Below, one piece after another: positions 18,719 through 28,924 of a stretch of DNA of 64,000 nucleotides. This DNA comes from Cyanobacteria bacterium REEB446 (GTDB lineage: Bacteria; Cyanobacteriota; Vampirovibrionia; LMEP-6097), in NCBI GenBank assembly GCA_018970325.1, contig JAGWWP010000003.1, forward strand, positions 15,737-79,736. Reading direction: 5' to 3'. Numbering within the stretch: position 1 is the first letter of the stretch; every line of letters begins with the position of its first letter. The notes under the pieces were generated by a model. That model saw nothing but the letters and a program-made list of their open reading frames with translations, did not search any database and was not told the origin of the DNA. The position numbers and the translations under genes were made by a program.

Positions 18719-20404
18719 CTAGTTATTAGGAACACGTAATACTGCTCCAGTGTCAGCACTGGTAACGAAATACGTATAACGTGCAAGCCAACCGTGCTTG
18801 ATTTTAGCTTCAAAAGGTAATTTCGCTGCAAGCCTCTTAAGAATCTCTTCATCAGATAGTCTTACATTAATACTCTGTTTAGGAATATCTATATCAATGA
18901 TATCTCCATTTTGAATAATACCAATAGGACCACCAGAAGCAGCTTCTGGTGATATATGCCCGATGCAAGCTCCTCTAGTTGCACCACTGAAGCGTCCATC
19001 AGTTATTAATGCTACTTTCCCGCCTAAACCAGCTCCCATAATGGCGCTAGTAGGAGCCAACATTTCTGGCATACCTGGTCCACCTTTCGGCCCTTCATAA
19101 ATAATGACGACTACATCGCCCTCTACTATTTGATTTGCGTATATGGCTTTTAAACACTCATCTTGAGAGGTAAAGACTTTTGCAGGTCCACTATGTACAA
19201 GCATCTCGGTTACTACACCTGCGGATTTAACTACGCCGCCAGCAGGGGCAATATTTCCAAATAAAGCAACTAAGCCACCTGTCTGTGAATAAGGATTATC
19301 TAATCTACGAATAATTCTTTCATCGAGAATATCAGCAGTGGCGATATTCTCGCCAAGAGTTTTTAAGGTAACAGTCGGCTTATCTAGATTTAATAAGCCT
19401 GGACGCTTAGCAAGCTCACTTAAGATAGCTGAAACGCCGCCAGCGCGATGCACATCTGCCATATGAATATCTGGCGAACTCGGACTCACTTTACAGATAT
19501 ATGGCGTGCGAGCAGCTATCATATTTAACCTTTCGATAGGATAGTCAAATCCAGCTTCCTGAGCTATCGCTAAAGTGTGCAAGACTGTATTAGAAGAACC
19601 TCCCATAGCTACATCTAGAGTGAAAGCATTATCTATACTGTCCATGGTGATAATATCTCTAGGTTTTAAATCTGCTTTAAAAATTTCCAGAATTTGACGA
19701 GCAGCACTGCGAGCTAATTCTAAGCGTCCATTATCTGTTGCTAATATAGAGCCATTTCCGGGTAATGCCATGCCGATAGCTTCTAAAAGACAGTTCATGC
19801 TATTAGCAGTAAACATGCCAGAGCAGCTGCCACAAGTCGGGCAGGCATTATCTTCTATCTCTTTAAGTTTTTTTTCATCAATATCCCCTTTCGCATAAGC
19901 ACCGACAGCCTCAAAAGCAGAAACTAAATCAACCTTAGTACCATCACTAAGAGTGCCAGCTTCCATAGGGCCACCTGAAACGAAAATAGTAGGAATATTT
20001 ACCCGAGCGGCTCCGAGCATCATACCAGGGACTATTTTATCGCAGTTCATGATACAGACTAAAGCATCAAGCCTGTGAGCTTCTACCACTGTCTCTAAGC
20101 AATCTGCAATCAACTCCCGGCTAGCAAGGCTATAACGCATACCGATATGTCCCATCGCAATACCATCATCCACACCAATAGTATTAAACTCAAAAGGCAC
20201 ACCACCAGCCTTACGAATCTCTTCCTTAACGACTCTACCAAATTCTTGAAGATGCACATGCCCTGGAATTAAGTCTATATAACTGTTACAAACACCGATG
20301 AAAGGTTTATCAAAATCACTATCGTCCTTAATTACTCCAGTAGCCTTGAGAAGACTTCTGTGTGGAGTTTTATCAAAACCTTTTTTAATTAGATCGCTGC
20401 GCAT
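18719..20404 (-). CDS. ilvD: dihydroxy-acid dehydratase
   Basis: Full-length IlvD/Edd family with CDKIVPGM and TDGRFSG motifs. Confidence 0.95.
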   Translation of the reverse strand: MRSDLIKKGFDKTPHRSLLKATGVIKDDSDFDKPFIGVCNSYIDLIPGHVHLQEFGRVVKEEIRKAGGVPFEFNTIGVDDGIAMGHIGMRYSLASRELIADCLETVVEAHRLDALVCIMNCDKIVPGMMLGAARVNIPTIFVSGGPMEAGTLSDGTKVDLVSAFEAVGAYAKGDIDEKKLKEIEDNACPTCGSCSGMFTANSMNCLLEAIGMALPGNGSILATDNGRLELARSAARQILEIFKADLKPRDIITMDSIDNAFTLDVAMGGSSNTVLHTLAIAQEAGFDYPIERLNMIAARTPYICKVSPSSPDIHMADVHRAGGVSAILSELAKRPGLLNLDKPTVTLKTLGENIATADILDERIIRRLDNPYSQTGGLVALFGNIAPAGGVVKSAGVVTEMLVHSGPAKVFTSQDECLKAIYANQIVEGDVVVIIYEGPKGGPGMPEMLAPTSAIMGAGLGGKVALITDGRFSGATRGACIGHISPEAASGGPIGIIQNGDIIDIDIPKQSINVRLSDEEILKRLAAKLPFEAKIKHGWLARYTYFVTSADTGAVLRVPNN

Positions 20405-20462
20405 AAATATAATTTTAGCAAAACAAGCAAAACCACATAATACTATCTAGCACATATGAAAT

Positions 20463-21464
20463 TTACCGAGTCTCATTAATCCTTGCTATGATCCGATAAC
20501 TCAAAGCTTCAAATGTTTCATGGCATTTTGTTACAGCTTCGGCATGAGAGCCAATAGCACCATCTGCATGTTTTAGTAAAAACATAGGCTTGCGTGCCTC
20601 CTGAGAAAGAGGAGCTAAGCTATGGTAGTGTTTTATAAAAGCTATTTTATTTGGGTCATTATTAACAGAAACGTTAGTGTCTAATATTGTCTTTAAGATA
20701 TGTTCGTTATAGACATGTGGTATTCTATCAAACCACTGTGAAAAAGCTTTAACGGGTCTGTCTTCTTTTGCTGAATATTGCATAATGATGTAACCAAGCG
20801 GTAACATCTTGCCATCAGCAATTATGCTTTTATCTTTATTAGTTGGAAATTTATTAACCCTCTCCTCCCACTCTTCTTTCCAGCGTTTTATCGCCGCACC
20901 TAAATTTTTCATACCCTGTAAGGAAAATAGATCTGGAGCTACAGGTATTATGATGAAATTAGTACTAATGAGAACTGATCTATTAATGGCTCCTAAATTA
21001 GGTCCCACATCTATGAGTATGTAGTCGGCCTCACTGCGCTTAGATGCATCTTCTAGTAAAGTTTTAAAAATAGAACTTATTTTAAAAGCAAAAAATTCAC
21101 TATTAAGACAATCGGTCCACTTTTTACTTAACTGGTCTTCAAAGCTAGAAAGAGAGAGATCTCCAATCAATAAAGAAATATTTTCATTATCACTAATTGA
21201 TTCAATATGAACAGGAACATAGGCTTCCCCTTCAGTAATGGGTTCAAGTGAATCCAATATGGTCAAACTAACACCAGATTCACGATTAACAATCTCAGCC
21301 AGTCTTTCTTCAGAAAGAAACATTGAAGATAGATTGCATTGTGGATCTAAATCTACGGCAAGTACTTTGTGACCTAATTCCGATAGCATCCAAGCTACAT
21401 GATAGATACTTGTCGTTTTTCCAACTCCACCCTTGTTATTAAAAAAAACTATAGTATTCATCAT
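20463..21464 (-). CDS. ParA/MinD-like P-loop ATPase with a C-terminal extension
   Basis: Deviant Walker A FFNNKGGVGKTTS and DLDPQ motif. Its start codon overlaps the stop of the upstream AlbA_2 gene (TAATG). Confidence 0.75.
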   Translation of the reverse strand: MMNTIVFFNNKGGVGKTTSIYHVAWMLSELGHKVLAVDLDPQCNLSSMFLSEERLAEIVNRESGVSLTILDSLEPITEGEAYVPVHIESISDNENISLLIGDLSLSSFEDQLSKKWTDCLNSEFFAFKISSIFKTLLEDASKRSEADYILIDVGPNLGAINRSVLISTNFIIIPVAPDLFSLQGMKNLGAAIKRWKEEWEERVNKFPTNKDKSIIADGKMLPLGYIIMQYSAKEDRPVKAFSQWFDRIPHVYNEHILKTILDTNVSVNNDPNKIAFIKHYHSLAPLSQEARKPMFLLKHADGAIGSHAEAVTKCHETFEALSYRIIARINETR

Positions 21465-22657
21465 TATAATTTCTTATAAATAATCACTCCAAAGTGATTA
21501 GGCTGATCGTAGCTAAATTCAGCATCTGGATTGCCATTTAACTTCAATTCATTCTTTGCTGTTATTATACCTCTATTAAATTTATTTACATAGCCCAAGA
21601 TTTTTAGGACCTCGGCTAGAACTGGATTTCTATAGTCGTTTTGATGAGGGAAATTACTTGCAGTAGCTGCGCCATAGAGTCCGCCAGGATTTACGATTTC
21701 AATCCTGTCTAAAAACTCATAAAACCCAATTGGGGCATTTGATTCATAGTCTCTATGCATTATCGCGTTATTCAATAATTCTCTAATTGCCCGAGATGGG
21801 TATGAATGAATAAGTTTTTCAGATAAAGATGTATGGGAAACAGGTTTAGTCTCGACAAGATCTTTAATAAATAAGTCTAATTCGCTCATCACAGTAATTA
21901 GATCACCTACAAACTCTCTCTCTCTGAGAACTTCTGCATCCACCGACACTCCATGATATTTAACGTATTGTATATAAGCACCAGGTATATAATATTTAAC
22001 GTTGTCACAGAGAGTAAGCAAACTTGCATTAGTTGGATAACCTAGTTTTAAATCATAAAATCTAAGTGAGGCTAACTGATTTTTAATCTCACGGTGATTT
22101 TCTGCAAGTGTCTCTGAGTCAATCGCACGAGGAAGATAGCTTAGTTTAAATAGAGGGATATTTAAATCATCAAAACTAGCTTCTAGGCAAGGTCTAGCAT
22201 CAAATGTTTTGGCTTGAGATACTCTTTTCTCTAACAAACTCCTTTCTTCAGCTTCTGTAGCAACACCTTTTCTTGGACCAATTCTAATGTACACCCGCCC
22301 CTTAAATCTCACTGGTGGAAATGGATGTGGACTTACTCGAATAATTACGATATCTCCATCTTCAAGTGAAATTTTCTCAATATTTATATTAGGCTTTGGG
22401 AGAATATCACCTGAATCACGGAGTTCGCCAAGATTCTTTAATATTTCATCCGTGACTGCTGCTCCAATGGCTTCACCTGTCTTATCATCTACCCCTAAAA
22501 TTAAATAACTATCCTCAGTATGATTAGGAAGATTGTTGGAAAACGCACAAACAGCTTCGCTATATTTAGTTATATCTTTAAAAGAACGAGATTTCTCTAC
22601 CCGACTTGACTCCAGCTCAGAGAGTAGCTCCTCTAATTCATCTTCCGTCAGTGGCAT
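21464..22657 (-). CDS. AlbA_2 (Schlafen-like) plus HATPase_c_4 domain protein (family often mis-annotated as RecG-like or transcriptional regulator)
   Basis: N-terminal ESSRVE.K...AVCAFSN...YLILGVDD pattern. C-terminal LNNAIMHRDY...DRIEIVNPGGL pattern. Confidence 0.65.
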   Translation of the reverse strand: MPLTEDELEELLSELESSRVEKSRSFKDITKYSEAVCAFSNNLPNHTEDSYLILGVDDKTGEAIGAAVTDEILKNLGELRDSGDILPKPNINIEKISLEDGDIVIIRVSPHPFPPVRFKGRVYIRIGPRKGVATEAEERSLLEKRVSQAKTFDARPCLEASFDDLNIPLFKLSYLPRAIDSETLAENHREIKNQLASLRFYDLKLGYPTNASLLTLCDNVKYYIPGAYIQYVKYHGVSVDAEVLREREFVGDLITVMSELDLFIKDLVETKPVSHTSLSEKLIHSYPSRAIRELLNNAIMHRDYESNAPIGFYEFLDRIEIVNPGGLYGAATASNFPHQNDYRNPVLAEVLKILGYVNKFNRGIITAKNELKLNGNPDAEFSYDQPNHFGVIIYKKL

Positions 22658-22671
22658 AGAATAAGAAAACC

Positions 22672-24489
22672 CTACTCTGGCTCCACTAAAGATAAATACA
22701 GCTCATCCAACTGTTCCTGATCCACAGAGGAAGGCGCTGAAGTAAGCTGACAAAAAGCCGACTGATTTTTAGGAAAGGCGATAACGTCTCTAATACTATC
22801 CGTATTAGAAAGCAACATGATAAATCTATCTAAGCCTAAAGCTATGCCACCATGTGGAGGAGCGCCTAGTTCTAAAGCCTCTAATAAAAAGCCGAAACGC
22901 TCTTGAGCCGTTTCATCATCGATGTTTAAAGCTTTAAAAATTTTCTCTTGAACTTTTTTATTATGAACTCTGATAGAACCACCACCAAGTTCTATACCAT
23001 TAAAGACTATATCGTAAGCGTATGTTTTAACAGCAGCTGGATCAGTCTCTAATTTATCAACGTCTTGATTATGTGGAAGGGTGAATGGATGATGGTTAGC
23101 CTTATAGCGATTAGATCTTTCATCATATTCAAACATCGGAAAATTCACTACCCAAACGAGCTTTCTATCTTTAGGGTCTATAAGCCCATCTTTTTTAGCT
23201 AAGAATATTCTTAATTTAGCTAGAACATAATGAACAATTTTCGCCTTATCAGCTACGAAAAGCAATGCATCACCAGGTTCTATTTCTGCCTTCGCTTGAA
23301 GTTCTTGCATCTGCTCTTCAGTAAAGAATTTCGCGATAGGGGAACTGATCTCGAATTTACCTTCACCTATATCCTTAAAAGCTATCCAAGCAAGCCCTTT
23401 CGCTCCCATCTCTTTAGTAGTAACGAAATCTTTTAAATCATCGAAATCTTTTCTACTCAGCTTCGCTCCACCTTTATAATTAATAGCTTTTACTAAACCT
23501 CCACTATTAGCGACACCCGCAAAAGCCTGAAATTCAGACTTAGACATAAATTCAGTAAAGTCTATTAACTCCATACCGAATCTTAAATCTGGCGCATCTG
23601 AACCGAAACGATTAATCGCATCATCGTATTCTATTCTTGGAAATGGGATCTCCACCTCTACTCCAACAGCAGCAAAAGCCTTTTTAATAAGACCTTCAGT
23701 AACAGTGATAACATGTTCTTGATTGATAAAACTCATCTCAATGTCTACCTGAGTGAATTCCGGCTGCCTGTCAGCTCTAAGATCCTCATCTCTAAAGCAT
23801 CTTGCGATCTGATAGTATCTATTAACACCGCTCATCATTAGTAATTGTTTATAAATCTGCGGTGACTGTGGTAAAGCATAGAAATTATTCGGGTGAACTC
23901 TACTTGGTACTAAATAATCACGAGCTCCCTCTGGAGTGGATTTAGATAGAATCGGAGTCTCTATTTCAAGGAAACCTTCATCGCTAAGGTAATTACGCAC
24001 AGCGTGAACGACCTTATGCCTGTTTTCTAAATGCTTACGTTTATGTTCCTGTCTTAATTCTAGGTATCTATATCTCAATCTTAAATCTTCATTAACCTCT
24101 TCAACCTTATCTAAAGGGAAAGGTAAGACTTTAGATTCATTAAGTATTTCTACTTCAGAAGGATAAATCTCTATAGCACCCGATTTCAAAGAAGTGTTCT
24201 CTGAACCATCTGGTCTAACACTTACTATACCCTTAACAGCAATTACATATTCAGCTCTAACCTGCTGAAAAATTCTATGCACATCTGGGTTTTTATCTGG
24301 ATCAGCTACTAACTGAATCTGTCCTTTATGGTCTCTAAGCTCTAGAAAAACTATGCCACCTAGATCTCGACGAGTGTCTACCCAACCCGCGAGTACCACT
24401 TCTTGATTAACATTAGCTTCTACTAGGGTGCCACAGAGGTGCGTTCTAGTTAATCTAAAATTTTGTTCTACTTTACTTACAGTTTCCAC
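22672..24489 (-). CDS. aspS: aspartate--tRNA ligase
   Basis: Bacterial-type AspRS over its full length: FRDEDLRADRQPEFTQ, GGGSIR, LGLDR. Confidence 0.95.
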   Translation of the reverse strand: METVSKVEQNFRLTRTHLCGTLVEANVNQEVVLAGWVDTRRDLGGIVFLELRDHKGQIQLVADPDKNPDVHRIFQQVRAEYVIAVKGIVSVRPDGSENTSLKSGAIEIYPSEVEILNESKVLPFPLDKVEEVNEDLRLRYRYLELRQEHKRKHLENRHKVVHAVRNYLSDEGFLEIETPILSKSTPEGARDYLVPSRVHPNNFYALPQSPQIYKQLLMMSGVNRYYQIARCFRDEDLRADRQPEFTQVDIEMSFINQEHVITVTEGLIKKAFAAVGVEVEIPFPRIEYDDAINRFGSDAPDLRFGMELIDFTEFMSKSEFQAFAGVANSGGLVKAINYKGGAKLSRKDFDDLKDFVTTKEMGAKGLAWIAFKDIGEGKFEISSPIAKFFTEEQMQELQAKAEIEPGDALLFVADKAKIVHYVLAKLRIFLAKKDGLIDPKDRKLVWVVNFPMFEYDERSNRYKANHHPFTLPHNQDVDKLETDPAAVKTYAYDIVFNGIELGGGSIRVHNKKVQEKIFKALNIDDETAQERFGFLLEALELGAPPHGGIALGLDRFIMLLSNTDSIRDVIAFPKNQSAFCQLTSAPSSVDQEQLDELYLSLVEPE

Positions 24490-24534
24490 GAATACTACTT
24501 TATCATGTTTAGAAATTCATGGCATTAGGCTAAT

Positions 24535-25794
24535 CTAAACATCCAAAACTCGAATAATACTCTCTACAGCTTTAATCGAAGGTAGCTCCTGAATTTCTTT
24601 AAGCATCTGTTTCATCGACTTCTCAGAGATAGGATCTATCATAAAATCAGCTAAGGCAGAGTCCCCCTTAATTTCATACTGATCTATAAACCTCACGTTA
24701 GCGTTATTACGCTCAGTAATTAAACCTAAATCTTTTAAGACGCCTACTTTATCATGCATGGAAACCCTTATATAGAAAGGGTTTTTAACATCATTGATGG
24801 ATTTTAATTTAGCCTCTTCCGTATGCGGTGCCACCATAAACTGTGAGCTAATATTAGCTCCCTGATTCATTAACATCAGTAGATCACCAAGCACTGAACT
24901 CGCTGTAGCAAGCGAACCCGCTCCACGACCGATAAAAGTAAGCTCCCCCACCGCAGAGCCATCTATCATTACAGCATTATTCTCAGCATTTACATTAGCT
25001 AAAGTCTTTTCTTTAGGCACGAATACCGGGTGAACTCGAATATCTAATTCATCACCCTCATTTAGAGCTATAGCTAAAAGCTTAATCGCATAGCCTCTTT
25101 TTTCAGCTGACTTAATATCAGCCTGAGATATATTACGAATGCCTTCACGATAAATTTTCGTCATGTCGATTTTCTTGCCTGAAATAATCGAAGCTAAAAT
25201 AGCTATTTTATAAGCAGCATCATGACCATCTACATCATTAGTCGGGTCGGATTCTGCATAACCCAGTTCCTGAGCTTGAGCTAAAGCATCAGAGAAAGAA
25301 GCACCCTTTCTTTTCATTTGATCAAGAATAAAATTAGTAGTTCCATTAATAATCCCAAATAATCTCTTAATCACATTACCTTTAAGACTCTGTTTTAAAT
25401 TAGTGATAATCGGGATACCACCCGCCACGGCAGCTTCATAAAATATGGTCTTACCGTTAGCCTTAGCGACGGCGAATAACTCCTCACCAGCTGTCGCAAC
25501 GAGATCTTTATTCGCTGTAATAACGTGCTTTTTATTATTTAACGCTGTTATTAAGAGCTTTTTCGTAAGCTCTATGCCCCCCATTAATTCGACTACTACC
25601 TCTATATCTGGGTTGGTGACTACCTCTTCAGGGTTCTTAGTAAATAATGCTGTATCTAGTAATCCTAGATTGTGAGCCTTGGGTAGGTCTCTTACAGCGA
25701 CTTTCTGAACTTGAATTTCAGGATAATTCTTCAGTAGCTCAAGAAGCCCAGAGCCGACAGTACCACATCCTAGAATACCGATTTTAACTACCAC
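24535..25794 (-). CDS. hom: homoserine dehydrogenase
   Basis: N-terminal NAD motif IGILGCGTVGSG, catalytic domain and C-terminal ACT domain. Confidence 0.92.
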   Translation of the reverse strand: MVVKIGILGCGTVGSGLLELLKNYPEIQVQKVAVRDLPKAHNLGLLDTALFTKNPEEVVTNPDIEVVVELMGGIELTKKLLITALNNKKHVITANKDLVATAGEELFAVAKANGKTIFYEAAVAGGIPIITNLKQSLKGNVIKRLFGIINGTTNFILDQMKRKGASFSDALAQAQELGYAESDPTNDVDGHDAAYKIAILASIISGKKIDMTKIYREGIRNISQADIKSAEKRGYAIKLLAIALNEGDELDIRVHPVFVPKEKTLANVNAENNAVMIDGSAVGELTFIGRGAGSLATASSVLGDLLMLMNQGANISSQFMVAPHTEEAKLKSINDVKNPFYIRVSMHDKVGVLKDLGLITERNNANVRFIDQYEIKGDSALADFMIDPISEKSMKQMLKEIQELPSIKAVESIIRVLDV

Positions 25795-25887
25795 GTGAAT
25801 TAGTTTAGCTTATTCACATATGAGTCGAATAGATTTTAAAAATAAATTTATTTAGGCATGACCACTAACCATATTATTTAGTAATTA

Positions 25888-26388
25888 TTAAAGGAATGAG
25901 GCTAATGACGTAGCTTCTTTCTCCATATTAAAAGCTCCTACATAAAACCTTATAAGTTTAGCAAGATCTTCTTTGCATTCTCGAAGTCCCCAAGGACCAA
26001 TACCTTTCTTAAATTTAGCACCTAAGGCAATTAATTGCTCTGGTGATAGCCCCATTTGCTTAGCTACTGCTGCACTGACTTGTGTCATTTTTTCAGCTAT
26101 CACACAGATTTTAGAACTGATTTTTTCCCCGAGCTTCAAAGGATTTTGCGTCACTTGAGTTATATATTTAGTTATATCTTTTAATACGTTCCTCAAATCT
26201 TCTGGAGAGATTGGTAAGGAAATATTCTCTGGCTGACTAGTACTTACAGCCTGCGAGATTCCTTGAAGAGCACTCCTAGAATGAGATGAGGAGAGCCTAG
26301 TAGGCTGTCTTGATGGAGCTGGAGCTTCTTGCTTACCTAAACCTGGTATAAGACTAAAAAATCCTTTAATAGCATCTAACATGCCCAA
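25888..26388 (-). CDS. hypothetical protein
   Basis: ORF only. S/P-rich N-terminal half. No motif recognised. Confidence 0.35.
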   Translation of the reverse strand: MGMLDAIKGFFSLIPGLGKQEAPAPSRQPTRLSSSHSRSALQGISQAVSTSQPENISLPISPEDLRNVLKDITKYITQVTQNPLKLGEKISSKICVIAEKMTQVSAAVAKQMGLSPEQLIALGAKFKKGIGPWGLRECKEDLAKLIRFYVGAFNMEKEATSLASFL

Positions 26389-26494
26389 AACTATCTCCCT
26401 AAGACTCTTAAATTCATTTCCTTTTTAAATTAGAATCTATTGAAACTTACAAAGATCTAATTAATCTTGATTTGATAATAAGTAGTTAAATCTT

Positions 26495-27145
26495 CTACCA
26501 CCAATCTCTTTTGCTAGCTTCAAAGTCAATAATTTCTAAAATCTCACACTTTTCTTCTTTTGATTTATTTTCTTGTCTTCCACCCTGAGAGACATCAATA
26601 ATATAGACTTCTCCATTATCACGAATAATATAATTTTCTATGGCTCCCGCATCTCCATGGTATAGATCCCCCACCTTGTCATACTGTTCTGCCAAGTTTT
26701 TTCTTACCTGCAATAAAAAATCTTTACTTATACTAGGGTCTTTTAAAACATCACATAATGTTCTACCAATAATTTTTTCCATCTTTATACAATATTCGTC
26801 GCCCACATATCCATGGTCAATCACTTCAGGTACATTTACACCTTTATCTTTGAGTGCATTAAGCATATCAACTTCATTTGGATCAACCACTGATCCTCTT
26901 TTAATAACTACTTGATTACCAATATCTTCAACTCTACCTTCACCACCAGCATTTAGTTTTACTCCATCTGGAAATCTATCTCTTCCAGAATGATCAGATA
27001 CCATCATGTGAATCTGCACTCCGTTCGGCGTTGAAAGTGCTAAATATCTGTTTGATAATGGATCAAGAAGGTTTAAGCCCTGATCAATAACTTGGGCTAC
27101 TCTTTCGTCTACTCTCTTAGCAAAATTAATAGTTGCTTGCTTCAA
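26495..27145 (-). CDS. small atypical kinase-fold protein (Bud32/RIO/Kdo-kinase-like)
   Basis: G-loop-like GGEGRV..VVIKRG, ME.I.G..L block, and catalytic-loop-like YHGDAGAIENYII followed by IIDVSQ. Confidence 0.4.
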   Translation of the reverse strand: MKQATINFAKRVDERVAQVIDQGLNLLDPLSNRYLALSTPNGVQIHMMVSDHSGRDRFPDGVKLNAGGEGRVEDIGNQVVIKRGSVVDPNEVDMLNALKDKGVNVPEVIDHGYVGDEYCIKMEKIIGRTLCDVLKDPSISKDFLLQVRKNLAEQYDKVGDLYHGDAGAIENYIIRDNGEVYIIDVSQGGRQENKSKEEKCEILEIIDFEASKRDWW

Positions 27146-27226
27146 AGGTAGAAAATTTTTAAGTAATGGATTTTTTTATCAAACTCAAAAATTCTCATTT
27201 AAATACAAAGTTACAAAAATAATTGA

Positions 27227-28924
27227 TTAATTAACCTGCAAACTCGCGACCCCAGCCTGAATAGAAATAACTTTATCTGCATTTTTAATAGTCTCAAGCC
27301 TATGAGCTACCACCAACAGTGTTCTATTTTTACGAAAATGCTCTAACTCTTCTTGAATAAAGGCTTCTGTATTAAGATCTATTTTCGCTGTGGCTTCGTC
27401 TAATATTAAAAGCTGTGGCTCACTCACTACCGCTCTCGCGAAATTAATTAACTGTTCTTCTCCAGAAGAAATATTAGTGGCTCTTTCATTAAGTTTAGTA
27501 TCTAAATTCATGTTTAGTCTATCTAGAAAAGGCTTAGCTCTATCTAAATTAATATCCATGCGGCGTAGTTCTATATTAGAACGTAGATCGCCAGCAAATA
27601 TATATGAGTCTTGATGTATAACTCCCATAAATTCTCTTAAATCAGCTGAGGGAATGTCTTTTAAATCATGACCGTTAATTTTAATTTTACCTTGCTGCGG
27701 CTCATAGAGCCTAGTTATAAGTTTAATTATGCTGCTTTTGCCTGAACCAGTGGCTCCTACTATCGCCACGAATTCATAAGGCTTAATGCTAAAACTAACC
27801 CCTTTTAAAATCCAAGGACTGTCCTCTAAATCGCTGTAACGAAACCAAACATCATTAAACTCAATTAGATATTCACTCTTAAGATCTCTAGAATCGTTAC
27901 CCTCAACTAAGCATGGTGCTGGAGAATGCTTTAGTGACTGCTCTTTATCTTCAATAGCTCCAGTTTCTTTTAGTAGCTCATTTATTCTTTCCGCAGCAGT
28001 AAAACCAGACTGAATAATCGTAAATCTATCACTTAAATTACGCACTGGTTCAAAGAGAGACTGAGCATACTGCAAGAAAGATAGGAGTACACCTATAGTT
28101 AACGCTTGGCTCAAAAGAATCTCTTTACTTAAAAAAAGTAAAGCAAGCAAGCTGAATATACTCACCAGCTCAATCCCCGCAGAAAAATTAGCATCCGCCC
28201 AAATGCTCTTATCATTAGCTTTAAAATACTCTTGGTTAGAAGCATCGAAAATTCGTTTATTTTTATCAGCACAGTTAAGCATCTGTACGACTGAGATACC
28301 GACTATATTTTGCTGTAAAAAAGAATTTAAAACAGAAAGCTTCTGCCTCGCGAGATGATTAGATTTTCGAAAACTATCTTGAAAATATTTAGCTAAAAAA
28401 ATGACTGGAATTAAAAATGAGACGACACAGAGGCAGAGCTTCCAGTTAATCACTAACATGAAAACTATAATAGTTATTATATTTAAACAGTCGATAATTA
28501 CGGAAATCATACCGCCCGCAAAGCTGTCAGAAAGCTGTTCTACATCACTAGTAAGCCGCGTAACAGATCTGCCAACAGGATTTTTATCGAAAAAAGTCAT
28601 CGGCAGCTTTTCTAAATGATCAAAAAGCTTAAGCCGAATATCCGTAATGATTTTCTGAGCAGTACTGTTAATGACATAAATTTGCATCAAATGAACACAG
28701 AAATTAAAAAGAATAGCGCCAAGAAAAATGATTATATATATCTGTAACTCAGCATAGTTACCAGCTTTCAGAGGACCATCTATAGCTCTCTGCATCAAAT
28801 ATGGCTGTAAAGAAAAAGCGATAGAACTTAATGGCAATAAAATTAAAGAGAGTAAGAGTACCTTCCTATAAGGCTTAGCAAATTCAGTGATTAATTTAAG
28901 TAGTTCAAGGTCTTTATTTATCAC
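27227..28924 (-). CDS. ABC exporter, fused permease/ATPase (MdlB-like)
   Basis: Six-TM ABC_membrane region, then Walker A GATGSGKSS, signature ISSGEEQ, Walker B LLILDEATA. Confidence 0.85.
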   Translation of the reverse strand: MINKDLELLKLITEFAKPYRKVLLLSLILLPLSSIAFSLQPYLMQRAIDGPLKAGNYAELQIYIIIFLGAILFNFCVHLMQIYVINSTAQKIITDIRLKLFDHLEKLPMTFFDKNPVGRSVTRLTSDVEQLSDSFAGGMISVIIDCLNIITIIVFMLVINWKLCLCVVSFLIPVIFLAKYFQDSFRKSNHLARQKLSVLNSFLQQNIVGISVVQMLNCADKNKRIFDASNQEYFKANDKSIWADANFSAGIELVSIFSLLALLFLSKEILLSQALTIGVLLSFLQYAQSLFEPVRNLSDRFTIIQSGFTAAERINELLKETGAIEDKEQSLKHSPAPCLVEGNDSRDLKSEYLIEFNDVWFRYSDLEDSPWILKGVSFSIKPYEFVAIVGATGSGKSSIIKLITRLYEPQQGKIKINGHDLKDIPSADLREFMGVIHQDSYIFAGDLRSNIELRRMDINLDRAKPFLDRLNMNLDTKLNERATNISSGEEQLINFARAVVSEPQLLILDEATAKIDLNTEAFIQEELEHFRKNRTLLVVAHRLETIKNADKVISIQAGVASLQVN

